A stretch of 64,000 nt of DNA. Source: Styela clava. Taxonomy: Eukaryota. How positions within the stretch are numbered: the first letter of the stretch is position 1; every line of letters begins with the position of its first letter. A program made the translations under genes and the position numbers. The stretch is from positions 21,390,001 to 21,454,000 of the forward strand of contig NC_135260.1 of the NCBI RefSeq assembly GCF_964204865.1, given 5' to 3'. Positions 52,335 through 64,000 of this stretch are shown here, piece after piece. The notes under the pieces were generated by a model. That model did no database searches, was not told where the DNA came from, and was given only the letters and a program-made list of their open reading frames with translations.

Positions 52335-53199
52335 CTGCAAGGTTGAAATCAAGAGAGATTGAACACGTGTAACGACGGAATTATGGGCGATTGTGGTCGG
52401 AGTCCACGTGCATTGCTGGCAACGCCAGCGATAAAAACATTTTATACCTTAAATGAAGATCATTTTTTTAAATGAATCTTTTTGAATGACCTAATACTTA
52501 ATTTACTAACTCTAAACCAGTAACTAGAGAAGGTTCGAGATGGATTGTCAGCCGCAGAACCAAGTTCCAAAATCGCATTCACTACTCATCGATTTTGTAG
52601 GTTTTTATCGACCACCCGTCAAGCCGCATATTACAGCAAAACGTACTGACATTTCAGTGATGAAAAATTCGCACAATGCCTACTTCAATTTAATCAATCA
52701 ATAAATGAACCGTTACAAGTAGCTCAGATGTGCAGCCTTGGCAACAATGCTATTACAACTTTTATGACAAAACTATATATTCGATCCGTAATTTTAGAGC
52801 AGTGGTTCCCAACCACCGTGCCGCGAAGTGATTTCATTTTCAAATTTATTTCAAGTGATTCCAAGTTCCAATTCTTTGAATCCCGCGAGAATTACCTTTC
52901 GGCTCTTCCCAACAAACAGAAACGGAAAAATTTGAAGATTTGGGTATTATTTCAATACTAAGTTTTGCATAAAGCGCGCCAACACCTTTTTATAAATTTA
53001 AAATGTCAAACAAGGTAACAAGTTATTGTGCGAAATTTTTCCCAAATTTTACCAAGGAGGTATTATTTGACTGGTATAGAATTACAATTATTGCCGATTT
53101 ATTGAATCATTATTCAAACTCAAAATTACATTCAGGATTCACGCAATGACTTTGCAGGGTTTTATTTATAATTTGATACGAAAATAAACAGGCACAAAT

Positions 53200-54987
53200 T
53201 CAGGCGCGCAGCCAGGATTTTCAAAAAAAAAGGGGGTCAAAGTCAGAAATTCCCATTGCCGTCTATAACAGCCACCGCCATTGCGCGCTCGTTAAAAGAG
53301 CCGCCTTTTTAAGCTTGTAATAATTTTTCTGTCGCGTAAAATATTCAATCCATGACAGCCCCGAGATTCTAAAATGTCCTTATATATTAATTTAATTGTG
53401 TGCAACGTAACTCGCGATTGCGACTTCTTACCTCAAAATAAAAATAGTACTAGACTAAAATACCACGGCGATCTGTGGACATAAAAATATGAGATAAGCT
53501 GCCTGATATATTTAATTTCGATACGTATTTTAGCAATCTTCCGAACTCCTTATCGCCGTTACAAAAATCTCGATAGCTGATATAAAATCCGGTATAGTAC
53601 AATTTTACTTCATACAATGAAAATAATTATAAAGTATACTAGTAAATCAAAATACAAATTCACCGTCGAAATCCACGCCGAACAGTCCCGCGATTACGCC
53701 ACTTGTTAAAAGAGCCGACTTTTTCAACGAAAAATGATTTTTCACTTGTGCAAATTAAGCAATCAAAGACCCATACGGACATATTTAAAATGTCTTGATT
53801 TATTAATTTAATTGTCTTCAATTTAAACTGCGGTTGCGTCGACAAAACTAGAGCCACTCTAAAACACCACGGCTATCCGCGGACATAAAAATGTGTGGTA
53901 TACTGCCCGTTTATATATTGTTTTGATTCGTATTTTTGCTATTTTGAGAATTCGATAAATTTGAGATGTACTTGTAATACTGACACTGCTCAATGACAAT
54001 GTTGCCACTCCGATTATTTTCAAAGATAAAACCTCTCGAAAAATCCGTAAATTATCTGTAAAATTTATTTCAGTACAATAAAAATTGATCGTGTCTCAAC
54101 AAAACTTATATTGTTTACGGTTTTATTTTTAGTATTTTATATTTCCGCTTTTCAATCAAAAAATCTAAGTCGCGGATTATACTCCTTCATTTGTCTTTGG
54201 AATCTCATCGCCGATGAACTTATAAGAATTCTCGTCGGGTTCATAATTCCGTGCTAGTACAAAAATAAAATATTTATCATAGTCGTGTCACAAATTTGTG
54301 GAAAATTTGTGACTTGGAGAAAATAAACGCCAACGTAAAGGCGTTTACGGCGTAAATAACAGGTCACAATGATGAAACAATCGGCGATTTTAGCAAAAGG
54401 CGATTGCACGCGTTATTGGCGACTTTTCCAGTTCTCAAAAAAATTTAAATGCCTTGATCTTTGCCCGCAAATTATGCTGGGCCTTGCACGAAATCCATGA
54501 CGTGAAAAGATACGTCCAGCGGAGAAAATTGTTTAAAACAACTTCTGTTCTTCTAAAACAAATCTGTTCAATGTTTTGGCGATAATAATTGTTGTAATGA
54601 AATACAGTTTGCCTCTTTCACTTCTCTCGCAAGTGCCAACAATAACACTATTGAACGATTTTGACAATGAGAAAACCATTTTAAATTGTACAAAAATGAA
54701 TTAGTTGTGAAAAACCGTGGCGCGTGATCGGCGGTGCGTTTGAATACGGAGTATTACCCGTGCGGGCGCGCATGTTTCACAAAAATGTGAGGTGCTTCGA
54801 AGGCACTCTGGTCTACATTATTGTAAGAAAACATTTATAATATCGGTAACTATTAACCGTTCAATCGCGCTCGACTATCGCACTTTTCGGTAATGATAAT
54901 TTTGTAAGGCGGAAACAACATATTTTTTTGCGAAATTATTGCGGGGGGCGACCAATCCCTTTAGCTCTCCCTTTATACTCACGCTTG
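53200..54987. mobile_element. Probable old non-autonomous DNA transposon with internal diverged direct repeats
   Basis: Left end CAGGCGCGCAGCCAGGATTTT...GGGGG and a degenerate right end GGGGGGCGACC...CTCCC...CACGCTTG. Internal repeats ~53270-53530 and ~53690-53935 share TTAAAAGAGCCG, TATTAATTTAATTGT and GGACATAAAAAT. Confidence 0.4.
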
Positions 54988-55310
54988 AAGGAAATTGTAA
55001 ATTAGTTTGATCAGTCATGCAACGTATGTAACGTATATGATTTGAAAATCAGGTTGGCCACCGCTGTTATAAATGTTTCAACTTTCAACGATACAAAATT
55101 CGTATCTAGCAGACTTTGTGCAAACATTTTACGACGCGAAATATTGGGTTTTGCACCATTTCGAAATAATTCACATTGCGTAACTTGTAAATTCTTGAAA
55201 ATTATATTGACATTTATCTGCATTTCATTAGCAGATCATAAATGATCTAATATATTCCCGCGTAAATACCGATATTGAATGAATAATTGAAACTCGTCAA
55301 AAAATAAATC

Positions 55311-57519
55311 TTGAATTTTGAAATGTGTATGATCCATTTTTGAGTATATGTTGCCAGCGTCTGCAAAAGAGAATAAATACTGAACGTGGAAGACATGCGG
55401 AATGATGGTATTTCCATGTATTATTGGGCAACTTCGCCTCTCTTTACGACATAATAAAGACTTAGGTATGTACACAGTCATACCTCATCCAAACCTATAA
55501 CGTCAGTAACAGTCCGACGAGATCGTGACACAGAGGTCAAAATTAATGATAACATAACTTCCTAAATTTAGGTCTCATACATATTAGTATTGACAACTAT
55601 CTAACATTAGTAAAATACAAGTAGCAAAACAAAATATCACCGTACAACAGTTAAAAAAATTGTTCATTACACCTGACTTCGAAGTAAATTATTGATCCTA
55701 CAATTCTTTTGTATAATATTTGTCCTAGGTACCCAATGACAGAACCGGGACATTTCGTGGCTACTAGTTTTTATGCTAATCGTATCAATCGGTTTTAACC
55801 TAGACTTTCGCTGCAACATATATTTATCATAAAACATTTACGTTCAAATCATTTCAATATTTAGTTGCCGGTCCGTGTGTACATGGTACCAGATTAGGGT
55901 TAGGCCATAATTTCAGGTACAAATAATACTGGAGTCACTTGGCTTGTCTTAACTCGAAATAGAACTAAAATAAGGAAAATTGGAATAAAATTAGGGTCTA
56001 ATCCTAACCAGGTACACATAATACGCCCCGGTGTCCCGCCATCTTGGTTCACATACTTCGGGAGTACCGATTATAGTAATCAAGCTTACGTATTGGCATA
56101 CATACATTTTCTGAAATGAGGAAACCAGTTGTTAGTGATTTCGATACGAAACCCGTTTTTGAAATTTCGAATACTATCGCTACACATAACACTAACCCAA
56201 AATACTGTGTTATTGGTGGTATTGGTTACGGTGTTCGAGTAATCACGCGAAGTCACTGCGCGTTCCATGCTGCATCACATTAAAATAGTGTATTTTCTAT
56301 GGAATCTGTGTCAAGATTTATTTTCTGTTTCCAATTGTTTATTTCTAACACTCCTTCAATCCTGATACACAAATAGCAGGACCATGATGCTGTTCTACAC
56401 ATTCTAGAATCTAGACTCACCACGTTCTATATATCTAAAATTTTAATCAATTTTTTTTGTTAATGTTGGCATTCCGTCGAGTAGTAACTCGGACCTGAAA
56501 TACCTTCAACTTGACTAAAGTGGTCGGCGATTTTAATTAACGCTTCAATATGAATAATCTTTCATGAACATCATAAAATAGCTGATTTCCGATAGGAATT
56601 TTCACAAATATAGATCATATAATGCCAGTGGGGTTTTGACCAGAGACAATGTGGATGTCATAGATCTCCAAGAACTCGCAAATTTTCAAGACAAGACCTT
56701 AGCCTAAATTATACAAAAAAACGCATACCAGTTTTTTATAACAGCATAGTGTAATATTGCAATGAAAAAATAAAGATAAACAAACAATATCTTGGAACCG
56801 CGGAAACCTCAAAACACAAATTTTATCACGCATCGAACACACAAAAATCACACACATTGAGATGTATGCTCTTATTTACTTTCCGCGAGGCGTTTGATCC
56901 TTAGGGTTGTTTTGAAAATGGCTTCCTAATGTCAGAGCCGTCGTTAAGACGAGCCCGTAGCCTAGTTTTTATGACGGCAGCGAGGAGAAACCGGCTTTGC
57001 AGAGGAAGATCGTGACAAAAGGGAGTGTCACTCGGAGCGCTTTCGCGGCGAGATTGAGGAAGGCCTCGTAGGACTCCGAAGGACTGGCAGCAGTCAAGAA
57101 CTGTATCTTTAGGCGACCGGAGTTCTTCAAATTGATTAGATCATCCTTCAGCATGGCTTCGTCGTCAATTGGAATCTTGGAATTCACGGCTCGACCGACA
57201 GGTTCGGGAAGTATCCATCAAGACTGTCAGACAGAGACTTCATATGACCCTTGATGTCAACGATAGTGTTAAATTCCGCCAACAAAATTGCCAAATACTG
57301 TATTCATTTATTATCTAAGCAACGAAAAATCAATAATTCCAAACCATATATTACATGCTGCTGCCGTTTCGGATAAAATACTCTTAGAGTGAGCCAATAT
57401 TTTTGCATTCTGCAGAAGTTATTGTGGGATCTTTTGTCAGTCAAGAAAAACTATATTCGGCAAGGTTATTCCTAAACGTCGGCAGCGACAAAACTTGTAC
57501 GTAATAATATGCTCTATTC
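55311..57519 (+). repeat. Diverged single copy of the 2.29-kb unit sequence in non-tandem context
   Basis: Collinear with 25720-27920. It joins unique sequence on the left and retains sequence deleted in the array copies (e.g. CTCGGAGCGC in the transposase remnant). Confidence 0.93.
56865..57270 (-). pseudogene. Buster/ZBED5/SCAND3-type hAT transposase C-terminal (dimerisation) remnant, best-preserved copy
   Basis: IKGHMKSLSDSLDGYFPNL; ORF 56969-57187 MLKDDLINLK...LAAKALRVTLPFVTIFLCKAGFS; after frameshifts IKTRLRARLN...DIR...KTTLRIKRLAESK*EHTSQ. These match the Buster-type PF.TTYLCE.GFS...IKTK.R.RL...KQ.H.SH ending. Confidence 0.85.
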
Positions 57520-58369
57520 CAGGGGTCACCAACCTTATTCGGAGCCAAGGGCTACTTTCTGGGTACAGATTAAGCCGAGGGCTACCAGTTCAATTCACAC
57601 TTCCAAAAAAGTCAATTTGGTCGATTAGGCTTCAATTATTGATAATTACTGGTATTTAGTCAGGTAAAAACACTGATAAACTTTAGAATTTCTCAGAAAA
57701 TCAAACGATTATCACAACGTAGCAAATAAATCCCTACCCATGGCACTTCCATTTTCAAACTGATTGTTTTGGGAAATGTTGATCCACAAAGATAGCTCGA
57801 ACCAAACAATGGTCTCGTAAAATAGGATTGCTGTTTCAGTTAAAAGGCGAGTCTTTTTTCCCTTACTGCGCTGACCAATGGATAGTGACAAGATGTTAAA
57901 TATCTCTCCGGTTACTGTACTCGCCCCGCAAATTGGACACACCTAAGGTGGTAAAGGAAAATCAATGCCCCACTCATCGTGAAAATTAGGTTTTCTTTCG
58001 TTTTTCTGCTGTCATTTTTCTTTGAAATCAATAACTGTATTATTGCTGCTCCACAAATCAACGGACAAGAAAAAACGCAGGTTCGTGGAAGGTGTGTGAT
58101 GTCATATTTGGGAGAGTATTGAATGACCCGTCACATTACTGAGGTCAAATACTATCCAGGATGATCGTTACAATAATAATGAACATAGTGTCAGTTCCCA
58201 CATATACAGACATGAGTGCGATTTATACAAGAATAGTATGAAAAAAATAAATTTATGTAGCTTACTTATAAGCGCCGTTATTATGCTTATTTTGGAACAG
58301 ACATGTGGGCGACTTATGTGGTCTTTACGGGCGACTTGGTGCCGGAGGGCAACGGGTTGGTGACCCCTG
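57520..58369 (-). mobile_element. Internally deleted hAT element (SPIN/GTF2IRD2-like) retaining a decayed transposase N-terminus
   Basis: Perfect 15-bp TIRs CAGGGGTCACCAACC / GGTTGGTGACCCCTG. Minus strand from ~58015 reads MTAEKRKKT..FHDEWGIDF...VCPICGAS...KQQSYFTRP (zinc-finger-like, frameshifted). The flanks CTCTATTC / CTTTATAT are not a clean TSD. Confidence 0.88.
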
Positions 58370-58996
58370 CTTTATATTATATAACTGAGACGGGAGAAAA
58401 ACTAATAAAGGCACAAATTGCTACTTGAAAAAATGATATGCCTCAATAATCTTATAGCTCAAGTAATTTGTTTATTAAACTTCATTTTGGATTAAATAAA
58501 GGCGTTTGAAATTTGTTATAGGAAATAGAGATACCATATTAACCAGCGACATATTGAGGTAGTCCAGAACGAATAATAATTTTAGGCAAAGCTCTGCAAT
58601 AAAGTATTCTTTGTTACAAATCTAACACTTGGAAAATTCCAACTCGCCCTGATTTCGTGCTCATTTATTTACATTATCATCAAGGATTTGAGTTTTCCGC
58701 GAAACTGAGTTGGTATGATAGTATGATTACGAATAAAAGTCGTTCACACAAATATTTAGCTTAAAATCGTAACTTTGTCTCGCAACCGAAGATATTTTAC
58801 TTTTATATATTCTACTACTATATTCTACTTTTAAGTTGACTTATAGAGTACGACATCTTCGAATTATAGTATAAGTGTCCCAAAATAAATGCAAACCCGC
58901 AAAATTGCTAAGAAATATGTTGATTTTAATAATTTCGTTTAATTTTATCTGATAACAGTTATAGATACTAACTATTTTTCAAAACCCTATGCCTAT
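58370..58996 (+). repeat. Extra displaced copy of the palindrome right arm (unit coordinates ~3341-3950)
   Basis: Collinear with ~60883-61514 and jumps back to unit coordinate ~1667 at 58997. Confidence 0.9.
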
Positions 58997-61896
58997 GCAA
59001 TCGACGGGTTGACCACCTCGGTCACACACCTTTTTTTCTTTACATATCAAAATATTATTTGTGTTGTCACTTGATTATTTCTATACATTTATAAATACTT
59101 TTGTTAGGCAATAACAAGTAAGAAAGCACGAATTAGGCTAGAGTCTGGTGCCTTTCTAAGTAAATTTTGAATAAATATTTGATAGGGACCCGTGATCTCC
59201 TCTATTTTATTACACTTGCCCTTCTTGTATCATAGCTGTCCTACTTGTCCTGCATTTGCAGTGCTTAATTAGCACTTGTTCTGATTTTCCCCAAATGTCC
59301 CGCTGGAATCACACTGTTTGTCCCATACTTATCCAGTTTGCCAATCCCAAATATATTCTTATCGTCTCACACACGTTTTGATTGAATCAAACTTGTCTCA
59401 CAATTTCTCTTCTTGGACCTACGCAGCATAGTTCTTGAAACCCAACTTAATTATTAAAATGTTGGTTTACTTATCTATTAATTCCACCTATAAGATATTT
59501 TTCAGAATTTCATTTGATAAATACTGTTTATAAAGTTACGCAATGCCGAATTCTACTTTTAATGCTCGGACAAAAGAATAATGCAATGGCATGTTGAGAC
59601 AATTAATTAATTATTACGTGATTAAACGGCTTTTTTTCGTTCCGGTGGGATAACATGCATTGTCTCTATAATGACAACGGTTTTGTTGATATTAGGTTTA
59701 CGTATATTAATTAGGATTTGTTGTGAAGGAAACAGAAAATGCAGTCGCTATTTTCTAACTTTGCATCTTTTTTGCTTAGGCCTATTTATACGGATCTGTC
59801 AATGACTGCTACACATTAGCTTCCAGTACACTTCATCGAGAGGTAGATCGAGGTATTTATGACAAACCTTGAGGTTTCAAGCTAAATATTTGTGTGAACA
59901 ACTTCATATTCATAACAGACTGATCAAATTTAAGTCAGTTTACGGATAATTGAAAAATAGGAAAGAAGTAAGTGTACTCGGATGAATATATTATCAAGGC
60001 GTGTTTTGATTTCAAGTACTATATTTGTGACAAAGAATATTTGTCTAAAATTATCATCTTCTGTTAGGGCAACCTCAATATGGCGAGTCATATAATAGGT
60101 GCTCCCGAAGTATGCGAACCAAGATGGCGGACATCGGAACGTAACATGGGTAACAGGTTAGAGCTAGGCGATAATTTCTTTCCAATTTTCCTTATTTTAG
60201 TCCTATTATCAGTTCGAAGATTAGCCAAGAGCCTCCCGTAGTATTTATACCTAAAATTATGGCCTAACCCTAACCTAGTACATTTATTACATTCCGACGT
60301 CCGCCATCGTGGTTTGCATACTTCGGGAGCCCCATATAATATCTATATTTCTACAAAACAATAGACGAAACGCTTTTAGTCGCATTTTGACTTCAACTAC
60401 CAAAGTTTTTGAAGCATAAAATATCATCTTTCGTTTCTACAAAATTGCCTTTTTTTCTTTATTAGTATTTGGCCTCCACACCAGCCTTCTCACTGACACA
60501 ACTTATAAATCAAGAAACATAATGGACTTCCCTTTCATGGCGACATCAATTGTTACATACCAATAGCTATTTCCACCCAGGCATTGGGACATAATCATCT
60601 TTCTTCGCTTTGTTAAATATTCATTTGAAAAAATCATATTTTTGGTCAAATTTTAAGATCATACTGACGGTCGACTAAATAAAATTAGTTTCCCTTAATA
60701 TTCTTAATGCGCTCCTAGTTTTAACCGCTTTTTACGATGGGATTCGACGGGAGTTTGCAGGAGAGCGTTTATTATAGGGATTTGACAGGATCACAAAGGG
60801 GAAGAACCATTGGGGTAACGTAACCTGCGTGGAAAAGCTAATGGTGTGTCACAATGGTGTTGACGGCAGTGGAGCAGAGATGCTTTATATTATATAACTG
60901 AGACGGGAGAGAAACTAATAAAGGCACAAATTGCTACTTGAAAAGATGATATGCCTCAATAATCTTATAGCTCAAGTAATTTGTTTATTAAACTTCATTT
61001 TGCATTAAATAAAGACGTTTGAAATTTGTTATAGGAAATAGAGATACCATATTAACCAGCGACATATTGAGGTAGTCCAGAACGAACAATATGATCCCGG
61101 GCAAAGCTCTGCAATAAAGTATTCTTTGTTACAAATCTAACACTTGGAAAATTCCAACTCGCCCTGATTTTGTGCTCATTTATATACATTATCATCAAGG
61201 ATTTGAGTTTTCCGCAAAACTGAGTTGTGTACAGTATGTTGGTAGATTACGAATAAAAATCGTTCACACAAATATTTAGCTTAAAACCCTAACTTTGTCT
61301 CGCAACCGAAGATATTTTACTTTTATATATTCTACTACTATATTCTACTTTTAAGTTGACTTATAATGTACGACATCTTTGAATTATAGCATAAGTGTCC
61401 CAATATAATGCAAACCCGCAAAATTGCTAATAAATATGTTGATTTTAATAATTTCGTTTAATTTTATCTGATACCAGTTATAGATACTAACTATTTTTCA
61501 AAACCCTATGCCTATGGAGTTGAAAAAAAATTTGTTCTGTGAGACTGTTTAAATAAACTTCTGCGGGACGTTTTTTTTCAACACTTACCCTGGATCTATC
61601 AAATCTATGGAACTGTGAATAATCGTAGCAAGAAAGCAAAGAATCCATCTAGTTCAGGGGTGGGCAATTACTTTTCTGAGTGTGCCGGATCCAGATAATA
61701 GACTTGCTTACTGGGCCGGAGGCTCAATATGAAACTATGAATGAAAACAGTTTATTCACAAAAAAATCAGCGTAATACTAGTGTACAAAGAAATACGATC
61801 ATTAATTGGACTGATGTAGGCTACTGAACGCGTCCAGTAGCTTATTTAAATCAGGCCGGAAGCCGCTTGTGCTGATTCTTAGACCGTTTGTAGGTT
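58997..61896 (+). repeat. Diverged copy of the distal part of the 4.65-kb unit
   Basis: Collinear with ~1667-4345 plus a MITE insertion, and continues into block B. Confidence 0.93.
60098..60333. mobile_element. 236-bp MITE with ~35-bp GG-starting TIRs and 8-bp TSD (Merlin-like termini; superfamily unconfirmed)
   Basis: GGTGCTCCCGAAGTATGCGAACCAAGATGGCGGAC ... GTCCGCCATCGTGGTTTGCATACTTCGGGAGCCCC; perfect TSD ATATAATA at 60090-60097 and 60334-60341; empty site in paralogues (e.g. 2813-2820). Confidence 0.93.
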
Positions 61897-63692
61897 TGCA
61901 TACGTCAGAGATCTGTTTTTATTTTGTTAATCTTCATACCTCGGAACAATAATTCGGATGGGTGAATTTGATGTGTACCAGGTTCGTTTTGAACCAAATT
62001 ATCAGGAAAAAGAATCACCGCATACTTACACGGAGAAAAATGCTCTTTTTAAATAAAACTAAATTTTGTGATCGCTAATGTGTAATGCTTTTGTTTGTAA
62101 GCATGTAGGCCCAAGGAATAAAGGCAAGAGGTAAAATCTCCTTTTTTATCTCTGCCTGATTTTCCTTTGAAAATTAGCAACTCTCGGCGCACCCTTCGGG
62201 AACCGCTGAATTACAGTATATTTATTTTAGTCGACGATTCGTTTTTTTGATTGATATTTCCAACAGAAAATTATATCGATAAAAACTATAGTCGTAATTT
62301 CAGCAGGCACAAGTGGGCCGGATGAAACACTCCGGTGGGCCGGATCCGGCCCGCGGGCCGTTGATGTTGTTCTGAGGCACACAGGCACGAGAAGGTTCTT
62401 CAAAGACCACCACAATCTCTAAAATGCACAACATCAGTGGACATATCAAAACACGTCATTATCGGACCCTACTGGTTTGAATATGAAAAAGCACTTACCG
62501 TCACCAAACAGCGCTAAGTTGTGATGCTTAACAAGTTCTGGATAGATCTTGAAACACAGCTGGAAATAAATTGAAATGTGCAGTGGTTCCAACAGGATGG
62601 AACTACTCCACATACAGCCAATATCACATTAAAGTAGTATAATATGTATATATATATATATATAAATATATTATATGAAGTTTTTACTTCTGAGGGCTTT
62701 TTGCTTTCTCCTTTCCCATGCATAATTTGGCACCAGATAATCAATCGCATGTAACCTATTTAATTAAATTTACATTTATGCGGCTATGTTTTCACCGGTT
62801 GTTGGTAAATTGTGAGAAAGTGGGCGACTTCAACCTAATTCACATTCGCAAGGCGGTTTGAAATGCAGCGCGTTTGGACAATTTTTGATTTCCGCTTTTT
62901 CCGGCAATTTAAATTCACTAATTTATCGTATTATCGCAAATGTACTTTCATCGACGCCAGTCGCTATCACGAACTGCGTAACCTAGTCTTCATTTTGTAA
63001 CTGGGACCGTAGCCCACTACCTACTGCAATGTCAGCAATATAATCAATAGAGAATTCCAATCATTCGCAAAGCCAGAAAACTTAAATTCGAACCAACTTT
63101 GGAAGAAGTGCTTAGTAACAGGGACATAATTGAAACTGTTATTGAATTTGTTTTGTCCTCGGGCAGAAATATTTAGGATTAGATACTCATTGTAATTGAT
63201 TCAATTGTATAATTATTTATTTGTAAATATTGTATAATATGTTAGTATAGTATTTTTAAATTCGAATTGATCAATGGCAGAAAAGACCACTGAAGTTATA
63301 AGCGACATAAAACGTATAACAACAACAACAACCTAGTCTTCAAATTGATTACCACAAAAACGTAACATTAGGCTGATCAGCCGACACATACATTAATTAG
63401 CAATAGTAACATCTATCTCTATGGTGTTTCCGGTGGGCGGCAGCTTGCGACTGTGATCTCCAAAGAAAAGTAGCGCTAACGACCCTAATACATATAGTAT
63501 TGAAGATAAAGAGAAAGCGTTATGGCCATATTTCAGCCAAATCCAGTGTTGATTGTTGCAATAATTCAAAGCTGCTCGCGTACCACTTGAAAAGTTGAGA
63601 ACCTTTGTGTTAGGGATAGTACTACAACTTAATTCCAAGTCATCATCATACTGTAACGCAGGGGTCTCAAACTCGCGTCCCGCGGGCCAATT
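61897..63692 (+). repeat. Block B, partial third copy
   Basis: Collinear with 18336-20105. Confidence 0.93.
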
Positions 63693-63760
63693 GAAGCCCG
63701 CAGGACGATAGTTTGCGGCCCCCGCCTTGGTATGAAAGTTTAATGTTAGTGCGGCCCGTA
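63659..63760. mobile_element. Left end of a hAT element; only ~35 bp survive in block B copies at 20071 and 37001
   Basis: CAGGGGTCTCAAACTCGCG(G/T)CCCGCGGGCCAATTG followed by repeated GCGGCCC subterminal motifs. Confidence 0.7.
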
Positions 63761-64000
63761 AGTCACTAAGATCAGTTAGAATTATTGATGCATTTAATTT
63801 AATATATGATCAGGACAAGTAGAGCAAAACAAAACATTTTATAATCTATCCCCCGAAAAGAATATGCGGTACGGTAACCTACTAGTACCGTACCTGTAGG
63901 CATGATATTCGATGGACCTTTGACCCCGAAGAAAATTTTCCTATACTTTACCATTGCAAATTCTTGGTGCTAATTTTAGAGGTGGCTTCGCGAGTTGAAG

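Noticed and set aside
52800-52825. Isolated hAT left end CAGTGGTTCCCAACC (similar one at ~22257)
   Set aside because: No matching right TIR or TSD located, so the element extent cannot be supported.
732-63638. Short ORFs in the six-frame track as real genes
   Set aside because: All are 133 aa or shorter and many use non-ATG starts. They recur only because of duplication, are broken in paralogues, and are mostly antisense or off-frame to transposon or pseudogene remnants.

Overview
AT-rich, eukaryotic-looking DNA with no intact protein-coding gene. The transposon and GPCR types suggest an invertebrate, possibly an ascidian (inference only). About 75-80% of the window is nested segmental duplication: (i) a head-to-tail array of ~4.65-kb units (<1-18335); (ii) a ~7-kb block B present twice in full (18336-25402, 35269-42080) and once in part (61897-63692); (iii) a ~2.29-kb tandem array (25458-32583); (iv) more diverged copies of the unit sequence at 55311-61896. 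The duplicated material is a graveyard of DNA transposons: a Buster-type hAT transposase remnant, a piggyBac pseudogene, hAT and pogo-like MITEs, a GG-ended MITE seen in filled, empty and footprint states, and a DINE-1/HINE-like Helentron element. The most unusual structure sits inside the amplified unit: a ~1.2-kb (possibly up to ~1.8-kb) imperfect palindrome centred near 3170. Its two arms read as decayed, convergent paralogues of an LDLa/LGR(GRL101)-type class A GPCR TM1-TM3 region, with a third paralogue in block B. This is a candidate pseudogene-derived hairpin locus amplified to six copies here, but no function is demonstrated. All alignments and translations were done by eye and boundaries are approximate.
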